A DNA stretch of 64,000 bases from assembly GCA_965261225.1 (NCBI GenBank), contig OZ253456.1, positions 264,431 through 328,430 on the forward strand, given 5' to 3'. Of this stretch, positions 9,530-18,955 are shown piece after piece. The translations under genes and the position numbers were made by a program. Within the stretch, counting starts at the first letter, position 1. Every line of letters starts with the position of its first letter. The notes under the pieces were generated by a model, which saw only the letters and a program-made list of their open reading frames with translations, was not told the origin of the DNA and did no database searches. The DNA comes from Dehalococcoidia bacterium. Lineage in GTDB: Bacteria; Chloroflexota; Dehalococcoidia; Bin125.

Positions 9530-10309
9530 GTGAGCATTGAACTGGCGACGATCCATACCTTAGTCGAAGGTGACGGTGAGCGGACCTTCCTCTTGCTCAA
9601 CGGGGCGGGCCAGAGTCTGCGTAGTTGGGACTACGTCGCGCCGGGCTTGCTCGATATCGGCCGCATCATCCGCTTCGATGTGCCGGGCGTCGGCGAGAGC
9701 CCGCCGCCCGACCAGCCATACTCGTTCGAGGAACTCGGGTATGCCGCGCTGGAACTAGCTGAGCCGCACCGCGTCGGCTCACTGATAGTCGTGGGCCACG
9801 CCTGGGGCACCCGAGCCGCGCAAGTGATCGCGCGTGACCATTCGCCCGCAGCAGTGGTGATCGGCTCCGGCGGCGGCAAGTTCCCGCCGCTCGCCAGCGC
9901 AGCGGACGTCCAAACGGCGACCGTCGGCGCCGATGACGGGGATACAGAGGCGTGGAACCAGCGCTTCGAGCGCACACACTGCGCGCCCGGCTTCAGTGCT
10001 CGCAATCCCGAACGAGCCGACTGGCTCTTCCAACTCGTGCGCACCACGCCGACCGAGCGCGCCGTCGTCTCAGGCGCGATTGAGCGAACCCCGCTCGAGT
10101 CCTACTGGGGTCGCTTCGACTGCCCAACACTGCTCCTCTACGGCGCCGACGACCTGGTCGGCCATCCCGACAACGCCGAGGACCTGCACCGCGCACTGCC
10201 AAACTCGAAACTGGTCTACATCGAGCAGGCAGGCCACTTCGTCATCGTGGAACAAGGAGAACGCTTCGCCCGGGAGATTTGCGGCTGGATCGAAGAGCAG
10301 GGGTTCTGA
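9530..10309 (+). CDS. Alpha/beta-fold hydrolase with Ala at the nucleophile position (G-H-A-W-G).
   Basis: HGxP-like N-terminus, VVGHAWGT in place of Sm-x-Nu-x-Sm, C-terminal GHF catalytic His. GTG start; TGA stop. Confidence 0.7.
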   Translation: MSIELATIHTLVEGDGERTFLLLNGAGQSLRSWDYVAPGLLDIGRIIRFDVPGVGESPPPDQPYSFEELGYAALELAEPHRVGSLIVVGHAWGTRAAQVIARDHSPAAVVIGSGGGKFPPLASAADVQTATVGADDGDTEAWNQRFERTHCAPGFSARNPERADWLFQLVRTTPTERAVVSGAIERTPLESYWGRFDCPTLLLYGADDLVGHPDNAEDLHRALPNSKLVYIEQAGHFVIVEQGERFAREICGWIEEQGF

Positions 10310-10700
10310 GCTCAGACCCAGTGCTCAAGCGCCCGATGCGGGGCTTCGAAGAGAACTATGACGAGCGCTAGCCCACCTGCTCGGAAGATGTCGAACCCGT
10401 CCATCTGGCCGTGCCGGCGAATCGGTTCGCAGGTCAGTAGGTAGCGGACGGGAAAGCAGGACAAGCTGGACCGTACTGCGAATATTCGTTTGAGAACTGG
10501 AACCATCAGCACGGACTCAACGTCTCCGGATCAACGCGATTCCACAGCGGTTCGAGTCCCACAGAGAGGACGCCAGCACCCTCCGCGCTACGCTCTGGAT
10601 TCGGAGTTAGGTACGATCTAGAGGCCAAACGGCGGAACCGGTAATTTGCTACAGCAGCCAACAGTTGCCATTGGGACAACGGAATGGTGGGGTTGGGCCT

Positions 10701-11900
10701 ATGAGACGTGCGTTGTCGTTTGGAACCGAATCCGCGTTGGCCGCTGCCGCGCCGGCAATGTTGGTGCGCGCGTTGCTTGCCCTGGTCGTCGGCTGCGTGG
10801 CGCTTGTCGTTGCCTGCACCGACGATGACACAGCGACCGACATGGCTCCGGAGCTCCGGGAGCAACAGGCGGCAGTAGAGATCGAACAGGAGCAGGAGCG
10901 TTCGAGCGAGCGTGGCGAGGCTGCGCCAGCGTCGGCGGCAGAAACAACCCACGAAACCCAGTCCAACGAGATTCAAGACAGCGCCGAACCAGCAGATTCC
11001 GAGACGTCCGAGAAGCCCGAGACCGAGTCCGACGACGCGGCTGCCTCCCAATCCGCGTCAGACAATCCTCCTGCCGAATCGGGCGACCAGACCGCAACCG
11101 AGCAGACCGCAACCGAGCAGGCAGCAGCCGTCGAATCGGAGCCGGAGCCGTCCGTAGCCCAGGCCCAGTCTCAGCAAGCGCCAGTCGAAGCCGAAACTCA
11201 GTCCGAACCGGAACCAGCTCAGCAAGCGCAAGACGCAGACAACAACGTACGAGAAGAGGCTGAAGAGACTCACGTTGCGCAACCACCCGCGACAGACCCG
11301 GATCCAGACCCAGACGTAGACACGGAAGAGGAGCAGACCTCTCGGGTGGCGCCGACGCCCGTCGGCTCGGGTGACAATGTCGGTGGATCCAGCGCCATGA
11401 CCGAGGACGAACCCGCCGGCCAGCAACCGCTCGATGCTTCGCCGCAGAAGGGTGCGGGTGAGACGGACGTCGTAACAGTCAGCACCGCCAATACCTACAC
11501 CTGGCAGGACGGCGACTACACCAGGACAGTCACGCACCAGGCGGACCTGACTGCCACCGCGCAGGCCGACGGCGGAAGCGAGATCGGTCCAAGGCAAGCC
11601 GGCGGCGCGCAGAGCGACCCGAATCCGGTCTTCCAGTCCGACACCGGCGAGACGATGACCCTGCCCGGCGGCGTGCTGCTGGTGTTGGACGCAGAGTGGA
11701 ACCAGGCGAGGATCGATCAGTTCTTCAAGGACAACAACGTGGACCGCAGTCTGGTGCAGGAGCGGACATTCACGACGAACGCCTACTTCATCGAAACCGA
11801 GCCCGGCTTCCCCTCGCTCAACCTGGCAAACGAGCTGGTCGCGCAGGAGGGCGTCGTGTTCTCCAGTCCCAACTGGCAAACTGAGGTCGAGCTCCAGTGA
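10701..11900 (+). CDS. Secreted lipoprotein with a long acidic low-complexity region and a C-terminal globular domain.
   Basis: Signal peptide with lipobox LVVAC; E/Q/A/T/S/D-rich repeats (ATEQTATEQ); the stop overlaps the GTG start of the next gene (GTGA). Confidence 0.55.
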   Translation: MRRALSFGTESALAAAAPAMLVRALLALVVGCVALVVACTDDDTATDMAPELREQQAAVEIEQEQERSSERGEAAPASAAETTHETQSNEIQDSAEPADSETSEKPETESDDAAASQSASDNPPAESGDQTATEQTATEQAAAVESEPEPSVAQAQSQQAPVEAETQSEPEPAQQAQDADNNVREEAEETHVAQPPATDPDPDPDVDTEEEQTSRVAPTPVGSGDNVGGSSAMTEDEPAGQQPLDASPQKGAGETDVVTVSTANTYTWQDGDYTRTVTHQADLTATAQADGGSEIGPRQAGGAQSDPNPVFQSDTGETMTLPGGVLLVLDAEWNQARIDQFFKDNNVDRSLVQERTFTTNAYFIETEPGFPSLNLANELVAQEGVVFSSPNWQTEVELQ

Positions 11901-12301
11901 GAGTCCGATTTCTGCCGGTGTCCCCGGCGGTGTTCCTGCCGCTGTTCCTGGCGATCTGCGCCGTGCTCTGCTTCTCGCTGTTCACGAGCGTGATCCTGGC
12001 CCAAGCGCCCGGTGAACCGACCATCGACTCGGCAACGTCCGGCACGACGTCGATCTCGATCGCGTGGACCGCGCCAGGCGACATCGGAGGCTCTGCAATC
12101 ATCGCCTACGACCTGCGCTACATCCGCACCGACGCAGACGAGGACGGCGCAAGCAATTGGACCGAAAAACAAGACATCTGGACCTCGCGGAATCTCAGCT
12201 ACACGCTCTCCGGCCTCAGCAGGGACACGGCGTTCGACTTCCAGGTCCGCGCTGTCAATTCAGACAGCACAACGAGCGACGGTCCCTGGTCGGCCACCTA
12301 G
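11897..12301 (+). CDS. Signal peptide plus single FN3 domain. This is the probable N-terminal module of the giant S8 protease gene, cut off by an in-frame TAG at 12299-12301.
   Basis: MRVRFLPVSPAVFLPLFLAICAVLCFSL.. then an FN3 domain (ISIAWTAPGD..YDLRYIRTD..FQVRAVNSD). Same frame as 12302..18955. Confidence 0.6.
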   Translation: MRVRFLPVSPAVFLPLFLAICAVLCFSLFTSVILAQAPGEPTIDSATSGTTSISIAWTAPGDIGGSAIIAYDLRYIRTDADEDGASNWTEKQDIWTSRNLSYTLSGLSRDTAFDFQVRAVNSDSTTSDGPWSAT

Positions 12302-15300
12302 GGAGCGTCAACCACCGATCATGGAAACAGCCAGTCGGCGGCGACGACGCTGTCATTGGGCTCCTCGCTGGAAGGCAGCATCGACCCCGCGGATGACGAA
12401 GACTACTTCAAAATCGTGGCGCCATCGAACACCGACCTCTGGGTCTATACCAGCGGTGCACTCGACACCACAGGAGAACTGTCGAGGTCTGGAGGCTCAG
12501 TGCTGGCCAGGAACTATGACGGGCGTCTCGTTGACCACCCGCTGGGCTTCTCGATGCGATACCGCCTCAGCGGCGGAACCTTCTACGTCAAGGTCACCAG
12601 CCACGCAGGGAAGTACACCGGCGCCTACACGATTCATGCCCAACAAGCGCTTAGCCTCGGAGGCAGCTTCGCCAACCCAACGGAGATCAATCTTGACTCC
12701 GCGGCCGCAGGAAGCCTCTACCCGATCGCCGAATCTGAGACGGAAATCGATACGAACGGAGTCTATAGGTACTACACCATAATCGACATTGACGTCTTCA
12801 CCTTCGAACTACTCGTCCCCACCGAGGTCTGGATCCTCGTCGCGGGGAGATTCGACAGCACACTCACTCTCTTCAATTCTGATCAACAAGTACTCGCAAG
12901 CAACGACAACGGAGGCTGGACGTACAACTCGACTGCGTCAATGATCAGACGGAGCCTGAGTCGTGGCTCGTACTATTTGAAAGTTTCGGGAGACAACGGA
13001 GACGACTTCGGGCCATACGTCCTGTATCTGAAAACTGTCACTGAACCAGGAGGGTCCCTGGCTGACGCGACTCGGCTTACCCTCAACGTCCCCCAGACCG
13101 GTAATTTGGCTTCCAATACGGACCAAGAATATTTCAGCTTCACACTTGATGACGAGACCTACGCGAGCGTCTATGTCGCATCGTTCGACGGAGCGTTGCC
13201 CGTCGCTGTAAGTGGCCTGGACGCTATGACGGAGAGCTTTGAGATCACCCGGGCCGACTACTCCGACGCCGGTGAGCGTGCCGAAAGCTATTACAAATGG
13301 GGTAAGCTCCCCGCTGATACTTATAATATTTCTACTTCAACGACCAACAGTGGAGGCGGGAAGTACCTGCTCCACGTGCGCACCTCCAGGTACGCCGAAG
13401 TGGTTGACAACTGCACGACGTCGCTGACGACGACCACGAGCGACCCGTGGTACGGATGCCAGTGGCACCTCGATAACACCAGTCAGTTCGCCAATGGCGC
13501 CGAACAGGACATCAACGTCCAGGAACTGTGGGACGACTCCGACCCGTCCACCATGGGCGCGGGCATTCGTGTGGCAGTGGTCGACGACGGGATGCACTTC
13601 GAGCACGAGGACCTGACTGACAACGCCCTGACGTCGCAGAATCGTACCTATCATCGGTCACGCAGTAGCATCTACAATCCGGCCGACAGCCACGGGACTG
13701 CGGTGGCAAGCATCATCGCCGGCCGAGACAACTCATCTGGAGTTCGCGGTGTAGCCCCCAGAGCCTCCATCTTCGGTATCAAAATCCTCTCAAATGTCCC
13801 ATTCACTAACGACACTGAATCCGGCGCGATGGACCCTGAAATGTCCAACGCCGCCATATTCAGCAACAGCTGGGGACCTGTCACAAGAGGTAGACTCTTT
13901 CGACCGTCGGACGCCTGGGAACAGGCCGTAACGGGAGGAGTCAATGATGGGTTCGGCAAGAATGGAATCCTCTATGTATTTTCCGGAGGAAACGGTCATT
14001 TGGATGGTGACTACAGCAATCTGAATGGCTTTGCAAACTATTACGGCGTCGTCGCTGTGTGCGCAGTCAACTATGCCGACAAGCGCAGTTGGTATTCGGA
14101 ACTGGGGTCCAACCTCTGGATCTGCGCTCCATCCAACTCCCCCCGCGAAATTCCGGAGCTCCCTGCCATCACGACCGCCGACAACGAAGACCGATACCGA
14201 AACAGCTTCGGCGGCACCTCGGCGGCTGCCCCTATCGTCTCCGGGGTCGCCGCTCTCATACGTGCTGCCGATCGAGGCACACAGCCGACACTGAGCTGGC
14301 GCGATGTCAAGCTGATCCTCGCCAACTCGGCGCGCAAGAACGACGCGACCGATTCCGGCTGGCGAGATGGAGCGCTGAAATACGGTTCCACAACTGAGCG
14401 GTACTCGTTCAACCACGAGTACGGCTTCGGCATGGTCGACGCCGGCGCAGCCGTCGCACTGGCAAAGACCTGGACCAACCTTCCCGACATGCGGCAGATG
14501 ACCGGAACCTCAACCAATCAAGCTCAGACGATCCCCGACGCACCGAGTAGTGTCACGACAGGTAGAACGATTGAGAGCAGACTGACCATCGATGACTACG
14601 TGGAGTTCATCGAGTTCGTCCAGATCGACATCAACTTCCAGCACACCCACTTCGGACATCTCAGCGTGGAGTTAGTCTCGCCGTCGGGCAAACGGTCCTC
14701 GCTCAGCGTGCGCCGGGACGTCTACGTGGCCAACCCAGTTAATGGCCCCTTCCGATTTGGCTCGGCCCGACACCTCGGCGAAAACTCGGCCGGGACCTGG
14801 AAGCTGAGCGTGACCGATCACCGACCAAACGACACCGGAATCTTGCATTCCTGGAGCATCACCGTCTACGGACACGGCATCACGCCGAATGAGCCCGATA
14901 TAGATTCGACCACGGCAGGCGATCAGACAATCACCGTTGCCTGGAAAGCGCCGGACGACCACGGCACTTCCGATATCACCAAGTACGATCTTCGCTACAT
15001 TCGCTCCGACGCTTCCAACAAGTCCGACACCCGTTGGACCCTTCACACGGACATCACCACCGATACCTACGAAATTATGAGCCTGGAAGCCGGGGTGTAC
15101 TACGACATCCAGATGCGGGCGCACAACGATGGCGGAGCGGGTGTCTGGTCCGAGACCGAACAAGGCAACACGGACGCGGTCGCGCGCGCGACGCTCAATA
15201 CGCCGAGCGTCACGGCTCGTGCGGCTGAACTGCTCGTCACCTGGACGCCGCCGGGGACCGGACAGGTCGGGATCAGCAGATACGACGTGCGCTACATCCT

Positions 15301-18300
15301 CAGCAGCGCCACTGCCGAGGAGAAAGAAGTTGGCACGAATTGGATGGAAGAGGTGGCCTGGAGAACCGGCGGCGGCGACTTGAAGTACATCATCGATAAC
15401 CTCATGAACGGCGCCAGCTACGACGTGCAAGTGCGTGCGACCAACGCCCTGGGGACTAGCGATTGGTCGGCGACCCGAACCGGAGCGCCGCGCGTCGCCA
15501 ACCAGGCGCCCGCATTCCTTATGTCTGAAACGGGCACGCGCAGCATTGACGAGAACACGCCGGCCGGTCAAAGAATCGGCGCGGCTGTACGCGCTACCGA
15601 CTCCGACGACCGCCAATTGACCTACGACCTCGCGGGTATCGATGCCGCCCACTTTGAGATCAACAAGGACACGGGACAACTTCAGACATTGGACGAGTTC
15701 GATTTCGAGAACAGCAGGAGGACATACTCAGTCGACGTCGAGGTCTCGGACAACAAGGATGCCAACGGTGACGACGATCCCAGCGTCGACGCCACGCAGC
15801 CGGTCACGATCACGGTCGAGAACGTCAACGAGGCGCCGACGGTCTCGGGCGGGCAGGATTTCGACTTCCGAGAGGATCGCGGACGGTGGGACGTGGGCAA
15901 CTACACCGCGATCGACCCCGAGATGGACATGATCACCTGGTCGCTGTCCGGTCCTGACCGCGGCGACTTCGAGATCGACCTAGACGGCAATCTCAGTTTC
16001 CGCCAAGCGCCGGACGCCGATCGGCCCGCCGACCAAGACCGCGACAACAAGTATGAAGTCAACGTGGTCGCTTCCGACGGCAATCTCCGAGGGGAGCTCG
16101 ATGTCACGGTGAATGTCGAAGAGGTCGATGAAGCACCAGAGATTACCGGCAGGGGCGACATCGATTATGCGGAAAACAGCATCGGCGTTGTCGAGAGGTA
16201 CTCGGCCACCGATCCAGAAGGCGGGACCGTCATCTGGTCGCTGCCAACGAGCGATCAAGGCACGTTCACTTTGACGAACGGCCAACTTCGCTTCAGGTCG
16301 TCCCCCAACCACGAGGATCGCCCCAGCTATTCGGTCATCGTCCGCGCATCCGACGGCAGCCTCACGCAATCCTTGCCGATCACAATCAACATCACGGATA
16401 TCGATGAAACTGAGACCCTGACCCTCTCATCCGACCAGCCGGTTGAAAACGTGCGCCTGACCGCGACGTTAACCGAGCTGGATGAGGTCACCAACGAGCG
16501 ATGGCAATGGGCTCGCTCAACAAGTCGGAGCAGCGGCTATTCCGACATTCCCAGCGCGACCTTCAGCGATTACATGCCGGACAGCGATGATGTCGGCGAC
16601 TACCTGCGAATAACCCTCACGTACAATGACCCCCACCGGGCCGACCGAACACTAACTGCGACCACCAGTGGGCGCGTTCTGGCAGCTCCGGTGAACAACG
16701 AGCCACCAACGTTCGCGCCCGATGAAACCGGCCAGCGCAACGTCCAGGAGAACTCGGGACATCGAACAGCCATCGGCGTCGCTGTAGCGGCCACCGATCC
16801 GGAGAGTGACCGACTCGTCTACAGCATCAATGACACACACGGGAACAAGTTCGAAATCGACCGAAACAGCGGACAACTCCGAGTTGGTTCGGCCGCCAAC
16901 CTCGACCACGAGCCAATGAGCACTTATCCGGTAACTGTTTCTGTCTCCGACCCATTCAATCCCGCCGTGACGCAACGGGTGACCATAACCATCGAGGACG
17001 TGAACGAGCGTCCCGTTGCGATAGACGACATCGCAACCACAAACGAAGATGAGACGATATCTATCGATGTGGTTAATAACGTTGACGGCAGAGACTCAGA
17101 TCCCGAAAATAAAGATTTATCCGTCGAACTCACACGCAATCCGGCGAGCGGCAACGCTGAAGTCGAGGCGGATCAAACGGTCAAGTACACTCCGAAACCC
17201 AATTTCGATTGTTCAGACAGTTTCCAATACCGAGTGTTCGACGGAGTATTGAGATCTGCTCACTCTGCCACTGTAGTGGTCAACATCAACCCTCGTAACG
17301 ACCCCCCAGAGTTCGTTGGCGGCCCGTCAACTCGCCAAGTAGCCAAGAACGCCGAACCTGGCAGTAAGGTTGGTCAGCCGGTCGTTGCCTCAGACATTGA
17401 CATCGACGCCGCCAAAGAGTGCAACGACGATGAACTGACTTATCGCCTGAGGGGTTCGAACTTCTTTGAGATCGACGACAACACGGGTCAGATAGTGGTC
17501 AGCACTTTGGCGACCTTTGACCCAACAGTGACGCCCACTTACTTCGTCGAAGTGATCGCCGGAGACACGTCATTCGAGGAGGCGAGAACGGTCGTCGCCA
17601 TCAACGTCGTTGACCAGATCACCACGACAACAATCACCACCGGCGGTGGCGGCGGCGGCGGACCGCCGCCCATTCCGATCCCATCCGACGAGGAGTTCGA
17701 CTGGAATGTGACTCGCGACATTGAGTCGCTGGATCGCGACAACGACCTGCCCACCGGGCTGTGGTCGAACGGCGCGGTGCTCTGGGTTGTGGAGAATTCG
17801 GCGACCGGCGCCGACTTGCTCTTCGCCTACGACCTCAACACGGGCGAGCGTCTTGAAGAGCACGAGTTCGAACTCGAGCGGCGCAACCGCTTCTCGCACG
17901 GCATCTGGTCCGACGGCGAGCTCGTCTGGATCGCCGACAGTGGTCAGGACAAGCTCTTCGCTTACAACCTTGCAACAGGCGAGCGCGACGAAGACCGCGA
18001 CCTCGAACTCGACGAGCGCAACCGCGACCCGCGCGAAATCTGGTCCAATGGCGAGTCGATGCTGGTGCTCGATAGCGTCAAGGACGCGTTGTTCGTCTAC
18101 GATCTTGAATCGGGCCGGTTGCTCGCCGAGTTCCCGCTGGACAAGCTCAACAAGAGCCCGCGCGGGATCTGGTCGGACGGCTTCACGATCTGGGTCTCGG
18201 ACGACGGCGCCAAGCGTATCTTCGCCTATCGCATCGAAGGCGAGACGTTCAAACGCTATGAGGACCAGGAGTTCACCTTCCGCTCGCTGCTCAAGGCCGG

Positions 18301-18955
18301 CAACGGCGACGCGCGTGGGATCTGGTCCGACGGCGACGTAGTCTTCGTCGCCGACGAGCAGGACGATCAGGTCTACACGTACAACATGCCTGACGCGATT
18401 GACGCGCGGCTCGCCTCGCTCACGCTGAGCGGCGTCGAGTTCGGCGAGTTCTCGGCCAGGCAGACGGAGTATGCGGCCGTCGTCGAGGCCAGCCTGCCGT
18501 TTACCACAGTGGAAGCGGAGGCTGCGCAGAGCAAGGCCGGCATCGAGATCATGCCCGCCGATGCTGACGGCGACCCGACCAACGGACATCAGGCAGCGCT
18601 GATCGATGGTCTCGACATCACGGTTGCGGTGACCTCCGAAGATGGCTCCCGGAGACTGGTGTACACGGTCGGCATCAGTAACTGTCTGAGCGGACTCAGC
18701 GAGACGCGCCTGAACTCAGTCCAGTTCGTGGGCGGCGGCGTGGGCGAGTTGGTCGACTGTGCCCGGAGTCTCGGCGTCGATGCGCTGTATCACTACCGCG
18801 ACGGCGTCTGGGTCGCCTTCTTCCTCGATGCGCCGGAGTTCCTCAGTCACGCCTTCCGCAATCGCTTCGCCGAGGGCGTCCCGGCCGGCGAAGTACTGAT
18901 CGCCAAGCGAGAGTCCATCCGGATGGCCACGCCTGCCGTGGAGAGTCCCGGCTAG
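12302..18955 (+). CDS. Giant subtilisin/kexin-like S8 serine protease: 3-4 PPC-like domains, S8 catalytic domain, proprotein-convertase P-domain, 2-3 FN3, ~7 cadherin-like repeats, Gly/Pro linker, 6-7 WSDG beta-propeller repeats, C-terminal beta-sandwich domain.
   Basis: D (VAVVDDGM), H (HGTAVASIIAG), S (GGTSAAAPIVSGVAAL) catalytic triad. P-domain: DYVEFIEFVQIDINFQHTHFGHLSVELVSPSGKRS. DxDxDGxxD-type cadherin repeats. GIWSDGxxVWV repeats. The ORF tool's TTG start at 12356 is not credible; the frame is open from 12302. Confidence 0.75.
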   Translation, partial: GASTTDHGNSQSAATTLSLGSSLEGSIDPADDEDYFKIVAPSNTDLWVYTSGALDTTGELSRSGGSVLARNYDGRLVDHPLGFSMRYRLSGGTFYVKVTSHAGKYTGAYTIHAQQALSLGGSFANPTEINLDSAAAGSLYPIAESETEIDTNGVYRYYTIIDIDVFTFELLVPTEVWILVAGRFDSTLTLFNSDQQVLASNDNGGWTYNSTASMIRRSLSRGSYYLKVSGDNGDDFGPYVLYLKTVTEPGGSLADATRLTLNVPQTGNLASNTDQEYFSFTLDDETYASVYVASFDGALPVAVSGLDAMTESFEITRADYSDAGERAESYYKWGKLPADTYNISTSTTNSGGGKYLLHVRTSRYAEVVDNCTTSLTTTTSDPWYGCQWHLDNTSQFANGAEQDINVQELWDDSDPSTMGAGIRVAVVDDGMHFEHEDLTDNALTSQNRTYHRSRSSIYNPADSHGTAVASIIAGRDNSSGVRGVAPRASIFGIKILSNVPFTNDTESGAMDPEMSNAAIFSNSWGPVTRGRLFRPSDAWEQAVTGGVNDGFGKNGILYVFSGGNGHLDGDYSNLNGFANYYGVVAVCAVNYADKRSWYSELGSNLWICAPSNSPREIPELPAITTADNEDRYRNSFGGTSAAAPIVSGVAALIRAADRGTQPTLSWRDVKLILANSARKNDATDSGWRDGALKYGSTTERYSFNHEYGFGMVDAGAAVALAKTWTNLPDMRQMTGTSTNQAQTIPDAPSSVTTGRTIESRLTIDDYVEFIEFVQIDINFQHTHFGHLSVELVSPSGKRSSLSVRRDVYVANPVNGPFRFGSARHLGENSAGTWKLSVTDHRPNDTGILHSWSITVYGHGITPNEPDIDSTTAGDQTITVAWKAPDDHGTSDITKYDLRYIRSDASNKSDTRWTLHTDITTDTYEIMSLEAGVYYDIQMRAHNDGGAGVWSETEQGNTDAVARATLNTPSVTARAAELLVTWTPPGTGQVGISRYDVRYILSSATAEEKEVGTNWMEEVAWRTGGGDLKYIIDNLMNGASYDVQVRATNALGTSDWSATRTGAPRVANQAPAFLMSETGTRSIDENTPAGQRIGAAVRATDSDDRQLTYDLAGIDAAHFEINKDTGQLQTLDEFDFENSRRTYSVDVEVSDNKDANGDDDPSVDATQPVTITVENVNEAPTVSGGQDFDFREDRGRWDVGNYTAIDPEMDMITWSLSGPDRGDFEIDLDGNLSFRQAPDADRPADQDRDNKYEVNVVASDGNLRGELDVTVNVEEVDEAPEITGRGDIDYAENSIGVVERYSATDPEGGTVIWSLPTSDQGTFTLTNGQLRFRSSPNHEDRPSYSVIVRASDGSLTQSLPITINITDIDETETLTLSSDQPVENVRLTATLTELDEVTNERWQWARSTSRSSGYSDIPSATFSDYMPDSDDVGDYLRITLTYNDPHRADRTLTATTSGRVLAAPVNNEPPTFAPDETGQRNVQENSGHRTAIGVAVAATDPESDRLVYSINDTHGNKFEIDRNSGQLRVGSAANLDHEPMSTYPVTVSVSDPFNPAVTQRVTITIEDVNERPVAIDDIATTNEDETISIDVVNNVDGRDSDPENKDLSVELTRNPASGNAEVEADQTVKYTPKPNFDCSDSFQYRVFDGVLRSAHSATVVVNINPRNDPPEFVGGPSTRQVAKNAEPGSKVGQPVVASDIDIDAAKECNDDELTYRLRGSNFFEIDDNTGQIVVSTLATFDPTVTPTYFVEVIAGDTSFEEARTVVAINVVDQITTTTITTGGGGGGGPPPIPIPSDEEFDWNVTRDIESLDRDNDLPTGLWSNGAVLWVVENSATGADLLFAYDLNTGERLEEHEFELERRNRFSHGIWSDGELVWIADSGQDKLFAYNLATGERDEDRDLELDERNRDPREIWSNGESMLVLDSVKDALFVYDLESGRLLAEFPLDKLNKSPRGIWSDGFTIWVSDDGAKRIFAYRIEGETFKRYEDQEFTFRSLLKAGNGDARGIWSDGDVVFVADEQDDQVYTYNMPDAIDARLASLTLSGVEFGEFSARQTEYAAVVEASLPFTTVEAEAAQSKAGIEIMPADADGDPTNGHQAALIDGLDITVAVTSEDGSRRLVYTVGISNCLSGLSETRLNSVQFVGGGVGELVDCARSLGVDALYHYRDGVWVAFFLDAPEFLSHAFRNRFAEGVPAGEVLIAKRESIRMATPAVESPG

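Noticed and set aside
10530-10560. tRNA-like T-loop motif GGTTCGAGTCC in the intergenic region
   Set aside because: Flanking bases cannot form a 5-bp T-stem or an acceptor stem; no cloverleaf.
12356-12358. TTG 'start' of the 2199-aa ORF reported by the ORF track
   Set aside because: The frame is open upstream to the TAG at 12301, the sequence is mid-domain (PPC motif), and there is no signal peptide. The real N-terminus is the FN3 ORF before the TAG.
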